Under the pieces are notes generated by a model, which was given only the letters and a program-made list of their open reading frames with translations, made no database searches and was not told the DNA's origin. Of a DNA stretch of 64,000 bases, positions 22,853-33,220 are shown in pieces (the first letter of the stretch is position 1; the number at the start of each line of letters is the position of its first letter). Origin of the DNA: a phage; the NCBI GenBank assembly GCA_012813795.1, contig GCA_012813795.1_4087.1. One strand, written 5' to 3'. The position numbers and the translations under genes were made by a program.

Positions 22853-23395
22853 TTAGTATCGTGGTTCCAGTACTGCACTATAGGTTCGTTTTGGTGAACC
22901 GTCACTAACATTTTTATTACTGAATATGATAGAGTTTGTTTCTCTATTAACATACAATGTACCTTCAAGTTTTACTGTCTTTTGAACACCGCCGACAGTA
23001 TAAGTGAAGTCGTTAATGTTGTAATAAACATCATATCCAGATGCAGTACTTCCAATATAACTCCATGATTCATATGTCTGACCCATCAGTACTTCATCAC
23101 CGTTAACAGTGAATTGGATGAATGTCCATTTTAAATGTTCCTCGTTAGGATCTTCGTTATACAGTTTACCTTTGTAGCTAACAATTTGTGTTGGTAATTC
23201 ACGTTTAGTTAACTGCTCTTTGTACTCTGATTCTTTAGTTGTGGATGTTTCGCTTTTCGGAACAATCATACCGATTACTAACATAACAACCATAAAGATA
23301 CCAAAGGCTTGGAACAAACGTTTGATTGTTGTCTTTATCATAAAATATTCCTCTTGGGTGATTTTGAAGTTTTGAACATACATAAATACTTTCAT
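22853..23395 (-). CDS. putative membrane-anchored protein
   Basis: N-terminal hydrophobic segment FGIFMVVMLVIGMIV. Confidence 0.4.
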   Translation of the reverse strand: MKVFMYVQNFKITQEEYFMIKTTIKRLFQAFGIFMVVMLVIGMIVPKSETSTTKESEYKEQLTKRELPTQIVSYKGKLYNEDPNEEHLKWTFIQFTVNGDEVLMGQTYESWSYIGSTASGYDVYYNINDFTYTVGGVQKTVKLEGTLYVNRETNSIIFSNKNVSDGSPKRTYSAVLEPRY

Positions 23396-23400
23396 AATTA

Positions 23401-24288
23401 TTGCATGGAGAAAGTATTATGTCAATGAACCCGTTAGCAAAATACACAAAAATCGAAGAAATTAGTACTAAACTCGTCACTAACAACATTTTCCAGTACA
23501 AAGATGGTGTATTGGGGAGCAAAGGCATTAAATGTGGTGTCTGTGCTCGTAGTGCTCGTGACGAAATGATGCTCAATACACCTGATATGTTACTCAATGG
23601 TAGTGCAGTGTCATCTGTTATCGAAAACTGTGTACCAAACATTCTAAACGCAGAAGAGCTTTATGTCAATGACGTTGAGCAAATTCTTATTGCTATCAAG
23701 TTAGCATCCAAAGAAACCAGTTATGATATCAATGTCGTATGTCCATCCTGTTCAAAAGAAGGGCGTTTTGAACGTGACCTTTCTTATCTATTGGAAACGG
23801 CTGAATCTTTTACTGAAATTCCGAGTATTGATCTTATTAATGGTTTATCTCTCCAGTTTAGACCACTTACTTGGAAAGAATATTCAGAGTTTTCTCAACG
23901 TATGTTAGCTGAACAACAAAAAACTAAGTATCTTGAGAGTACTATTGATATTTCAGAAGATGATAAAATTAAAATGTTTTCTGAAGTATTTGAAAACATG
24001 GCACAACTAAACTTTGATATGATTGCTGGAGTTATTGATAAAGTAATTACTCCTGATGGTGATGAAGTATCAGATAAGAAATTCATAAGTGAATGGTTAG
24101 GTACTCAATCAAAAGAAGTGATCAAGCAAATCAGAGAGAAAATGGATGAAGTACTAGAAATTGGTGTATCACATACTATGGAAGTTGAATGTATTGAATG
24201 TCAGCATCAATGGGAACTTACTGGATTAAAGTATGACCCTACTCATTTTTTCGATCTCAGCTTCTCTTCTCAAACCCAGAAGAAATAA
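23401..24288 (+). CDS. zinc-finger protein (three CxxC pairs); possible C-terminal extension via -1 frameshift to 24466
   Basis: CGVC, CPSC, CIEC; T_TTT_TTC heptamer at 24246-24252; the -1 frame stays open for 63 codons beyond the 0-frame stop. Confidence 0.6.
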   Translation: MHGESIMSMNPLAKYTKIEEISTKLVTNNIFQYKDGVLGSKGIKCGVCARSARDEMMLNTPDMLLNGSAVSSVIENCVPNILNAEELYVNDVEQILIAIKLASKETSYDINVVCPSCSKEGRFERDLSYLLETAESFTEIPSIDLINGLSLQFRPLTWKEYSEFSQRMLAEQQKTKYLESTIDISEDDKIKMFSEVFENMAQLNFDMIAGVIDKVITPDGDEVSDKKFISEWLGTQSKEVIKQIREKMDEVLEIGVSHTMEVECIECQHQWELTGLKYDPTHFFDLSFSSQTQKK

Positions 24289-24478
24289 AAGAACTTCTGG
24301 ATGATATGGAGTTGAATAAATCAGATATTAAAAATGCCCTTATGGATGCTGCTGTTTATGTAGATAATGTCGATTATGCAACTCTACTTAATATGCCAGT
24401 AAATGACAGAGATATGCTTATTAAGGCATACAATAAGAAAGTAAAGAAGATGAACGAGAAGCACTAATACTCATAAGA

Positions 24479-24510
24479 AGCCAGCACATTGTTGCTGGTT
24501 TTTTTGTTTT
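24479..24510 (+). terminator. rho-independent terminator after the 23401 gene
   Basis: CCAGCA-cattgt-TGCTGG followed by a long T-run. Confidence 0.7.
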
Positions 24511-25361
24511 TGTTTTTTGGGTTTTTACTTACAAAGTAGATGAAAGAAATTATGATCTTAAAAGATTTATTCTTGAAGGAATTCATTTGATTTATATTGA
24601 ACTCATCTAACTCATTTCATTCGTTAGCTGAAGAATATTCGTTAACTACGTTAACTCATATTCATTTTAATATAATTATAAAGAACTTTAAATGATTTAA
24701 TACTTGACGGGATTTGTTGAGGATATTTCATCCCCCCGCAGGGGAATGAAGATAATAAAAAAGAGACAATTAAGTCTCTGTTTCTTGACGCTGATGGCAT
24801 CGGTATTATTGTATTGCGAATTTCTTAAAATTTAAACGTAATTATATTGTAAAAATATTAAGAACGAAAGCGGGTTGCTCTGTTTCTCTCTATCGCAGTC
24901 ATGTGCAACGGTCGTCAGTCTTAAACATCCTGACACTCACCTGAAAGTCTATACAATCAAACTTCAGGCTGTTTAATGAAATGAATCATCAAACTCCCTT
25001 AGCAAATCTGGTAAGGTGCGATCCTTATACATCTATCGAGGAACTCTCTGTATGCTTATCGGAGTTCTTTATTGAGCCGTGTCGCCGTGAGGGGTTCATA
25101 ATATGCCCACATCTAACGGGTTTCTTTTGCTCATCGCACTGTTGAACTGCTCATCTACCCTCTACATTTTCGAGTGGATTAGGTTCTAATTTATATGCAT
25201 TTCTGCATTCAACAGGATTGTCAGTACTACATAAAACATTATAGCACGCAATTTAAAAGTGTCTCAAAATATCTAATCTTTTTTATAAAAAAGTACTTAA
25301 AAATTTCTTAGGAATGTATTTCATAAATATTTCATAAACTAACTTAGATCTAAGGCACATT

Positions 25362-25853
25362 ATGAAACGAAGACTTAAAGATAGTAAGGAAGCTGCTACG
25401 TACAGAAATGAATTATTAAAAAAGCAAAAAGGTATTGATCCTATAATCAAAGAACCGATTAAGAAACCAGTACTCGACCACTATCACTTCGAAAACCAGC
25501 ATTGTAGAGAAGTTCTACAAAATGAGGTTAACGCATGGGAAGGTAAGGTGCAGAACTCTTTCAATCGATACTTGCGTCATTTAACTGATAAACCTCTTCA
25601 TGAAGTACTAAGAAATCTGGCAGATTATCTTGAAAAGAACAATAATATTCCACCAGAAGAGCAAGTGATTCATCACACGGCATTAACTGTGGATGTTAAT
25701 AAGTTTAAAAGGCTCCCAGCAACGCAGCAAAACGCGATTCTGGAAGGGTTAGGAGTTGTCCCTGGTAGCAACACTACTGCTCGTGTAAAACAGGCTAGGA
25801 AGCTTATTAAGGACGGCAAATTAAACATGTTAGATATAAAAAAAGGGAGCTAA
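25362..25853 (+). CDS. endonuclease VII (gp49)-like His-Me finger protein lacking the zinc-binding cysteines
   Basis: LDHYHFE...NEVNAWEGKVQNSFNRYL resembles T4 endo VII (LDHDHE...CNLCNAAEGQMKHKFNR). Confidence 0.45.
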   Translation: MKRRLKDSKEAATYRNELLKKQKGIDPIIKEPIKKPVLDHYHFENQHCREVLQNEVNAWEGKVQNSFNRYLRHLTDKPLHEVLRNLADYLEKNNNIPPEEQVIHHTALTVDVNKFKRLPATQQNAILEGLGVVPGSNTTARVKQARKLIKDGKLNMLDIKKGS

Positions 25854-25873
25854 GGCTCCCTTTATTCATTATA

Positions 25874-28021
25874 TTAGAAAATATCATCAAGAGTAGCATA
25901 TTCAACAGTACTGAAACCGTCTTCTTTAACAACTTTAAGGATTTTTTCTGTTTTAGATAGTAATTCTTCTCTGTGAGATATTGCATATACGTTTTTACCA
26001 CGTACAGCAGCCATATCCTGGAAGATTGACCATACTCTTAGAACACCACTTGAATCAAGACCCTGATCTATCATCTCATCTATGATAAGAATATTAATAC
26101 TTTGATATAATGATTCATAAGTATCGCGGAAAGCACATGATAATGCAATATTAACACGTGTTCGTTCCCCACGACTCAATTGTTTGTAGTCAAAGTACTG
26201 TCCACTCTTCTCAATCTCAACACTAAGGTCATTCAAGAAGACCACATTGTGTTCTGAACCACACATATCAATATAGTACTGCAATCTGGAGTTCAAATAT
26301 GAGATATTTTGTTCAATGATACGTTTACGAACATAACTATCCTTATTGAGCAATAGTTTAACTAAGAAATCTTGGTGATTAGCCAATTTTTCAAGGTTAT
26401 TGAAGTCAGTATAATCAATAGGAACCAACGAATCGGTTGTTAAAGTATTAATCTGACTAATAAACGTATTAGTTGTGTTCATTTCGCGTTCAAGTTGTTG
26501 AGTAAGTGAGTTAAATGTCATTTCTAACTCTTTAACTTCTGATTTATTCAACGCATCTGGAACTTCCTTTACTTCTAATGCATCAAGAGCCTCATAAGAA
26601 GACATTAGTTCATCACGGTAGATGTTAATTTGTTCTTCCTCACTCTTTTTAATAAGTTCTTGTAGCTTATGGTCATGCATTTGGGCTTCGGTAAGGGTAT
26701 TATAGAAAGTTACAGGTTTAGGGGGCATATCAAATATCTCAATTGCATTGATTTCATCTGATAGTGTTGCAATTTCCAACTCAACCTTACTTATATTTTC
26801 TCTGATTAGACGAATAGTATCATTAATCTTATCTTTTATACCATTACCATGCTCATTATGCTCCAACTCTGATAAACAAAGTGGACATTTACTATCCTCA
26901 ACTGATTTTAATTTCTCTTCTTCTGCTGTAAGAGATTTAATATGAGCATTCAACGAAAGATTTAGTGAATTTAGTTTCTGTGTTTTGAAATTCTTTTGCA
27001 ACTGATTATCTTTTAAGATAGATTCTAGTTGTTTCCACAGTTCCATTTCTTCATGGTTTTTTAATTCAGATTCAATATCAATAGTTTTTAATTTATCGAT
27101 ACTATGCTGAATAATATTTTTATTAGTGGCTAGTTCTCTATCGTACTGATCATATTTCACTGCAAGTTCTTGAACTCTACGTTCGAGTTGTAAACGTTTA
27201 GAGATGTGTAGAAGTGCTTCTTCTTTCTCTTCAGCAGCAGCATATAAATCAGAAAATACAAAAGTACTGTATTCTTCCAATTCACTTTTTAGTTTTTGCA
27301 CTCTATTAGCCTTATCAATTTCAAACTTATTAGCCTGTTCCTGTAAGGTTTCAATGCTGCGTTGAATGCGTTCATTACTTGCTGCAACTGTTTCAATTTT
27401 AAACTTCTCTTGGTCAGCTAAACGTTTTGACTCTTTGTTCATATCCTTTAACAGTTCAGCTTTCTCTGTTAATTGGGTAATACCTAATAGCTCTTCAATC
27501 ATATCACGTTGTTTCTGTGAAGAAAGAGCAAGGAAAGGTTCAACGTTAGCATTCAGTACTACAATGTGCTCAAAAAGTAATTGAGAGATTCCTAGAATTT
27601 CATTTAGATCTTCTTGTGTATCTTTCTTTTCACCTCTTGATTCATCGAGAACTTTATTGTCCTGACCAAGAGTGATGAAATTGAAATATGTGGGACTACG
27701 CCCACGCTCAACAAGGTATTGTATACCGTCTTTCTCGAACTCAACGGTAACTTCACAATTTTTAGCATTTGTTTTATTAACTAAGTTTGGAATTTTAATA
27801 TCGTTACCAATACTTTTTCCAAATAGTCCAAAAACAAGACCTTGAATAATTGCACTTTTACCTACACCGTTACGACGACCAGAACTATCACCACCTTCAA
27901 TGACAGCATCATTGTTTTGACCGAGTACTAAAGATATGTCAGCACCATTTAAATCAATAACTTGTGGTGCATTACCAAAGGAAAAGAAATTCCTCATTGT
28001 TATACGTGTAATGTTTAACAT
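25874..28021 (-). CDS. 46: recombination nuclease ATPase subunit (SbcC/Rad50-like, T4 gp46)
   Basis: N-terminal Walker A RRNGVGKS; long coiled-coil middle; adjacent to gp47. Confidence 0.85.
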   Translation of the reverse strand: MLNITRITMRNFFSFGNAPQVIDLNGADISLVLGQNNDAVIEGGDSSGRRNGVGKSAIIQGLVFGLFGKSIGNDIKIPNLVNKTNAKNCEVTVEFEKDGIQYLVERGRSPTYFNFITLGQDNKVLDESRGEKKDTQEDLNEILGISQLLFEHIVVLNANVEPFLALSSQKQRDMIEELLGITQLTEKAELLKDMNKESKRLADQEKFKIETVAASNERIQRSIETLQEQANKFEIDKANRVQKLKSELEEYSTFVFSDLYAAAEEKEEALLHISKRLQLERRVQELAVKYDQYDRELATNKNIIQHSIDKLKTIDIESELKNHEEMELWKQLESILKDNQLQKNFKTQKLNSLNLSLNAHIKSLTAEEEKLKSVEDSKCPLCLSELEHNEHGNGIKDKINDTIRLIRENISKVELEIATLSDEINAIEIFDMPPKPVTFYNTLTEAQMHDHKLQELIKKSEEEQINIYRDELMSSYEALDALEVKEVPDALNKSEVKELEMTFNSLTQQLEREMNTTNTFISQINTLTTDSLVPIDYTDFNNLEKLANHQDFLVKLLLNKDSYVRKRIIEQNISYLNSRLQYYIDMCGSEHNVVFLNDLSVEIEKSGQYFDYKQLSRGERTRVNIALSCAFRDTYESLYQSINILIIDEMIDQGLDSSGVLRVWSIFQDMAAVRGKNVYAISHREELLSKTEKILKVVKEDGFSTVEYATLDDIF

Positions 28022-28030
28022 CCGTGTCCC

Positions 28031-29062
28031 TTATAATGATCTATAGATTTGTATTAGTAGATTCTTGTCGAACATTGGAGAATCAATTTCCATGATTTGT
28101 TGTAAAACTATCTCATCAACTGATTCAGTACTTTCAAAGTGTTCACCTTCTTCCAAAAGTTCTTTGATACTTTGTTTACTTGTAACAACGTTAAACTCAC
28201 GAATATTATAAAGTTTAGTAAAAGTATCACGAATAAAACTAATCTCATCAGTTGTGATTGGAATATCAACCTGAACTTTCGAGATAGAGTTATCTTGTAA
28301 GTAATAACTTGGATCAGTTAGTAGCTCTGACAAAGTAAATGTTCTGTATTTCGGTGCAGCATCCCATGATTTGAATGTTGGTTCTGAACCGTGTTCAAGA
28401 ATCATAACACCTCTAGCATCATCCCATGTGTCTGAGAAGTTATGAGGGAAACAGTTACCAGTATAAATTACACGAGTTCCTTTAGATGTGAGTTTGGACT
28501 GTCGTTTATGGAAATGCCCACTAAAAACATACTCACAACCACCAAAAGAACCTTCAGTCTCTTTACCATGATCTGGCATTTCTACCATTTTGTTAAGCAA
28601 ATATCCAGGCAATTCAAGATGACCAAATACATATTTGCTTTGTAATTTAGGTAGCATTTTGTATTCATCTTCAATCATAAATGGGATGAAAGTACAATCA
28701 TCAATTGTTGTAATTTCATTAATGAACTCGATGTTTTCATAAACTTGTGCCATATTAATACTTGTAATATCGCGTTTGTTTTTATGATACATGTCATGGT
28801 TCCCAACTAAGAAGTAAACTTTATCAAAGTTGTCATTTAGTAATTGGAGAATTTGTAAACCATAGTTTAATGTTTGAATATTAATGTTGCTGCGGTTATG
28901 GAAGTAATCTCCCATAAACACACATACTTTAATACCTTTCTTTTTGGCTTCATCAATCATAAATTTAATGAAGTTCAAACAATCTTCGTTGTGCTGCTTA
29001 CTGTTATTCTTTAATCCTAAATGAATATCAGTGAATGTAATTGCTTTATCAAATAGTGCCAT
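28031..29062 (-). CDS. 47: recombination nuclease subunit (SbcD/Mre11-like, T4 gp47)
   Basis: phosphoesterase motifs DIHLG, GDYFH, GNHD; start refined to the ATG at 29062. Confidence 0.85.
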   Translation of the reverse strand: MALFDKAITFTDIHLGLKNNSKQHNEDCLNFIKFMIDEAKKKGIKVCVFMGDYFHNRSNINIQTLNYGLQILQLLNDNFDKVYFLVGNHDMYHKNKRDITSINMAQVYENIEFINEITTIDDCTFIPFMIEDEYKMLPKLQSKYVFGHLELPGYLLNKMVEMPDHGKETEGSFGGCEYVFSGHFHKRQSKLTSKGTRVIYTGNCFPHNFSDTWDDARGVMILEHGSEPTFKSWDAAPKYRTFTLSELLTDPSYYLQDNSISKVQVDIPITTDEISFIRDTFTKLYNIREFNVVTSKQSIKELLEEGEHFESTESVDEIVLQQIMEIDSPMFDKNLLIQIYRSL

Positions 29063-29888
29063 CGTCATTTTTCCTTTCAATCATATTCATTTCGATTTCA
29101 ATCTGTCTTGTATGTGATGGTGTAAAACCATGCATCTCAAGAAGGTCGTCGCGAATGTTACGTACATTCTTCTCACTGTTCAAAATAGAACGGAAGCTAT
29201 TGTTAACGAATGACGTATAGTATGAGAAAGGATTTAGTTGGACAGCAGGTTTATCTTTCTTATACAAGATACTCTCTTTGAAGAGAAGTGCATTTTTAAC
29301 TAATTGTATTCTAGCATCACCCATCATTTCATCCAAATACGTATAATTTCTGTAGTTAGATTTGTGAGAGATCTCTTCGGCTAGTTTAATGAACATTTTA
29401 CCGAGTTCATTTGTGATTTTACCATGTGTTAAGTAGAAATCGCCATCTTCCAAGTCGCCTTTCCAATGTGAACGAACAACTTCATACAGAATACCTTCAT
29501 TATCAACGATATAATGTTTAAATGGTTCAAAATTCACTCGTGTATCTGGTGGAATGTGCTCATCAGTGATAACTCTAATCACCACTTCATCCAGTGGTAC
29601 ATCATTTACGAATAGACCGTGCTCATCAGCATATTCCTTTGCTTTCTTAGCACTCATATTCTCTTTTTCGCGAACACTATCAAGCATTTCATTATTCAAA
29701 CGTTTGATTCGTGCTGCTTTTGCCTTTTCAAGTAATTCTTCTGTGATTTCAGACTCATGAAACACAATATAATCATACATACCATAACTTTTATCCAAAA
29801 GCCAGCAGTATGATATCTTACTTTTATGTATTTCACGTAATAAGTCTGCGTTATTCAGATACTTCTTACGCTTCGGCTTGTTTATCAT
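29049..29888 (-). CDS. 55: late-transcription sigma factor (gp55-like) with insertion
   Basis: YLNNADLLREI and NPFSYYTSFVNNSFRSIL resemble T4 gp55; 55-47-46 order as in T4; GGAGAG RBS. Confidence 0.5.
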   Translation of the reverse strand: MINKPKRKKYLNNADLLREIHKSKISYCWLLDKSYGMYDYIVFHESEITEELLEKAKAARIKRLNNEMLDSVREKENMSAKKAKEYADEHGLFVNDVPLDEVVIRVITDEHIPPDTRVNFEPFKHYIVDNEGILYEVVRSHWKGDLEDGDFYLTHGKITNELGKMFIKLAEEISHKSNYRNYTYLDEMMGDARIQLVKNALLFKESILYKKDKPAVQLNPFSYYTSFVNNSFRSILNSEKNVRNIRDDLLEMHGFTPSHTRQIEIEMNMIERKNDDGTI

Positions 29889-29972
29889 TGTAACTCTCCA
29901 TGTAATGACCAATAGGCACAATCCGTGTGCCATCGCTAATATTATAGCACTAAAATCAGCTTTGTCCCACCT

Positions 29973-29980
29973 ATAAATAC
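29973..29980 (+). promoter_or_regulatory. T4-type late promoter TATAAATA for the baseplate operon
   Basis: exact TATAAATA about 33 nt upstream of the ATG at 30013. Confidence 0.45.
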
Positions 29981-30012
29981 TTCAAATGTTTCCTTGTAAT
30001 GGAGTAACACAA

Positions 30013-30744
30013 ATGATTGATCGTCGAATCCGACTAAGACCTAAAGCCGCTGGTGCTAACTATGTGTATGGGGATTTTGGTGACGGAGCCAACCCAACAC
30101 TACTATCGTTTTTGCGTCCAACCAATGGTTTGGTATGGACCGTAACGCCCACAATCACAGAACAAAGAAGTATTCAGTATGAAACACAGTCTCCTGTGCA
30201 TTCAAATAGTAACTATAACAACTATAAAAATACAAGTAATACTATTTTCACGATACAAGGTGAATTTTATGCAAATACTGCTGCTGAAGCTCTATACACT
30301 TTAGCATGTATGCATTTTATTCGCTCTGTATCATTGATGGATTTTGGTAGAAAAGCTGCATCAGCTAATAACCCCGATTTAGCTGTTCCTGGTGCACCAC
30401 CACCAATCCTATTACTAAGTGGGTATGGTCGTTATACATATAATGATATTCCTGTAGTAATGAAATCATATAATTTTACCTATCCAAATGATGTTTCTTA
30501 TATTCAAGTACCATTGGATAGTAGTAACAGTACTTTTAATTTGTCCGATATGGATAGTAGACAATTTTTTGAACAATTAAGAAGTTCTGGGTACATGAAT
30601 CCACAAGATGAAGTGTGGGTTCCACAAAAGATATCGGTAACTATTCAATTAGAAGAGCAACCAACATCAGAATTTATGACTAAGAAGTTTAATCTTAACG
30701 CATTTAAGCGTGGTGATATGCTTCGCAATGGAGGATTCATTTAA
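30013..30744 (+). CDS. putative baseplate protein
   Basis: first gene of the baseplate operon; TATAAATA at 29973-29980; GGAG RBS. Confidence 0.45.
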   Translation: MIDRRIRLRPKAAGANYVYGDFGDGANPTLLSFLRPTNGLVWTVTPTITEQRSIQYETQSPVHSNSNYNNYKNTSNTIFTIQGEFYANTAAEALYTLACMHFIRSVSLMDFGRKAASANNPDLAVPGAPPPILLLSGYGRYTYNDIPVVMKSYNFTYPNDVSYIQVPLDSSNSTFNLSDMDSRQFFEQLRSSGYMNPQDEVWVPQKISVTIQLEEQPTSEFMTKKFNLNAFKRGDMLRNGGFI

Positions 30745-31058
30745 TGTCAAACTATAGTCAATATTCACCTTATGCAAAAGTTAAACAAACATGGTATCTG
30801 GATTATAACTTACCTCGTGACATAATTCCAGCAGATACTGATGATTTTTATGAAATACCTGCAAAGTACAACCACCAACCGTGGCGTTTAGCGTATGAAA
30901 TGTATGGCAATGAGCGTTTGTATTACGTATTTGCATTACTTAACCCTGATTTATTGGGTGAAGACCCTATTTACAACTTTCAAACTGGAATAACTATTAG
31001 AATACCTTCAAGTCAACGCATTCAAGCATACCTGAATGGTACACGCAGTGTAGGTTAA
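30744..31058 (+). CDS. 53: baseplate wedge protein with LysM-like fold (gp53-like)
   Basis: LAYEMYGNERLYYVFALLNPDLL resembles T4 gp53 (LANAIYGNPQLYWVLLMCND). Confidence 0.5.
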   Translation: MSNYSQYSPYAKVKQTWYLDYNLPRDIIPADTDDFYEIPAKYNHQPWRLAYEMYGNERLYYVFALLNPDLLGEDPIYNFQTGITIRIPSSQRIQAYLNGTRSVG

Positions 31059-31069
31059 TGGAGTAACAC

Positions 31070-33220
31070 ATGGATACTAAAATTGGACTAGACCCTAGTC
31101 AGAGTAACAAATATGGTGCTAAAGTAAGTAATGTACAATCAAAACCAATCCAAAGCACACATACTGATAGAATTTATGACGATAAAAAGATTTCTGATTT
31201 TATTATTGACAATGAAAATGTTTTATTAAAATACAATTCAGCAACGTGGCACTTTACCTTGTTTGCCTTAGATAAAGATGACTTTAAGATGTTCTGGGAA
31301 AATCCAGATGCTGAAGTCCAACGTTATGTAATCACTGAAAGTGGCGTTACTGGTAAGTATAATATCACAAATGTTCAGATGACGCAAGCTGGACCGTCAA
31401 CACCTGGTATGACAACTAACTATACATTTAATACTGCTTCAATAAGTATGTCAGAAAACAATAGTATGAGTTTTTATGATGAGTTGATATCATTAAGTAA
31501 TAAACTTCGTTATCATAAATTTATGGATTTACCATTAATACTTGAACTCAAGTTTATTGGATACAATGAAGATGGCGTGCCACAAGTTATACCAAATACA
31601 ACAAAACGTTGGTCTGTTAAGATTAATAACGTTAAAGCAAGTGCTAGTGCAACTGGTAGTACAATGTTATATACCATTAACTTAGTACACAATCGTGCCG
31701 CTTTAGTCGATAACATTGAATGGACATTAAAAGAAACATTCTCATGCACTGCTGCACAATTTGGTACATTTTGTTATGACTTAGAAGATAAGTTAAATGA
31801 AATGTCAGAACAACAGTATGGTTATTTGTGTATGAAATTTCCAGAACTTGCAGATGGTAAATTTTTTGAATTTAAAGTTGCACCTGAACTAGCTGATATG
31901 TTCATAAACTATGATTCTAAACAAATGACTGAAGTAACTTCAACAAAAAATGGTTCACAGGGTTCTAAAAACTTTTCATGGAATCCAAGTACACCAATAT
32001 CAAGAATAATTGATGATGTTATCGATGCATGTACCGTTCGTGAAGGTGACAGTACTAGCGTTCGTCAATTTGTTAATATAATCCCACTTAAACAATATGT
32101 TGGTTTTGATAATTTACGTAACACATCAGTATATAAAGTTATTTTTAATATTGTTCGTTTTCGTATTGGTGATGTTGTCCATGAATCCGATTTACAGCCA
32201 GAAAACTTTAACTTCGAGACATTCCTAGAAAACTCTGAACGTTATCTTGACCCTAGAGATAATGAAGAAAAGTTAAGAATGAAAATATACAATTATCAAT
32301 TCAGTGGATTGAATAATGAAATATTAGATTTGGATATGAATTTCGACCAACAATTTTATGTAGCTACTACACGTAACCCAGGCCCAATACAAGACCAAGG
32401 TAACAGAAGTGGTACACATGCATCACAAGAATTGACCATACAAGGGGTTCAATATAGTAACCCGTTGGATGCTTGGAATAAAACTAGTGATATAAGAAAA
32501 GCACGAAGTAAAGGTGAAATTATAACACAAGCCCAAACAGCTTTACTTAATGAAATAGATGAGCAATTAAAAAATGCAATGGGTGTGGGTAATCAAGCAG
32601 AACAAGATGCTTATATGAATTATAAAGTTCATGTCCTTCCTGAATACATTGAAGATTATCGTAGTGTATATGAAGAAAATGATATGGGTGCTGATGGTAT
32701 TGGCGACCGTAGAGGTGAAATATTCACTATACCAACTGAAGCAACAAATAACCATACAACCTTATCAGCATCTGATAACGATAATAGCAGTACATATGAA
32801 ATGGACAGACGTAAAATACGCGACAACTATTATAACCGTCCATTTATGTGTAAGTTGGATATGCGTGTTATTGGTGACCCATATTGGTTGGGATGGGGTG
32901 ATCATGCATATCTTCAATATTTGGATATGTTGGTGAATGGTGAAGCATTATATATAAATCCAGAGGATTTCAAATATGCAAATTATATTTCAACCGAAGC
33001 ATATTTGTTATTGAAATTGCAACCTGTAGTTTCAATTAATGATAATACTGGTATTTTGGATATAACCACACCAACTACATTCAACGAAACAATCTATCGC
33101 GTAAACAAAATAATTCATGATTTTGGTACAAACGGCACTTTCACACAACAAATTCAAGGTGCTATTGTCGCTCGTGCACTTAAACGTAAAGATAGTATAA
33201 TAAACCCAGGTGGTGAGTAA
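31070..33220 (+). CDS. putative baseplate hub protein (gp27-like by position)
   Basis: large ORF immediately upstream of the gp5-like spike, overlapping TAATG junction. Confidence 0.35.
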   Translation: MDTKIGLDPSQSNKYGAKVSNVQSKPIQSTHTDRIYDDKKISDFIIDNENVLLKYNSATWHFTLFALDKDDFKMFWENPDAEVQRYVITESGVTGKYNITNVQMTQAGPSTPGMTTNYTFNTASISMSENNSMSFYDELISLSNKLRYHKFMDLPLILELKFIGYNEDGVPQVIPNTTKRWSVKINNVKASASATGSTMLYTINLVHNRAALVDNIEWTLKETFSCTAAQFGTFCYDLEDKLNEMSEQQYGYLCMKFPELADGKFFEFKVAPELADMFINYDSKQMTEVTSTKNGSQGSKNFSWNPSTPISRIIDDVIDACTVREGDSTSVRQFVNIIPLKQYVGFDNLRNTSVYKVIFNIVRFRIGDVVHESDLQPENFNFETFLENSERYLDPRDNEEKLRMKIYNYQFSGLNNEILDLDMNFDQQFYVATTRNPGPIQDQGNRSGTHASQELTIQGVQYSNPLDAWNKTSDIRKARSKGEIITQAQTALLNEIDEQLKNAMGVGNQAEQDAYMNYKVHVLPEYIEDYRSVYEENDMGADGIGDRRGEIFTIPTEATNNHTTLSASDNDNSSTYEMDRRKIRDNYYNRPFMCKLDMRVIGDPYWLGWGDHAYLQYLDMLVNGEALYINPEDFKYANYISTEAYLLLKLQPVVSINDNTGILDITTPTTFNETIYRVNKIIHDFGTNGTFTQQIQGAIVARALKRKDSIINPGGE

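Noticed and set aside
24785-24812. Sigma-70-like promoter TTGACG-N16-TATTGT
   Set aside because: The -10 match is weak and spacing is suboptimal; not confident enough to annotate
24511-25361. tRNA genes in the ORF-free region
   Set aside because: No T-arm (GTTCRANYC-like) or cloverleaf arrangement could be found by eye on either strand; left as unresolved structured region pending tRNAscan-SE/Infernal
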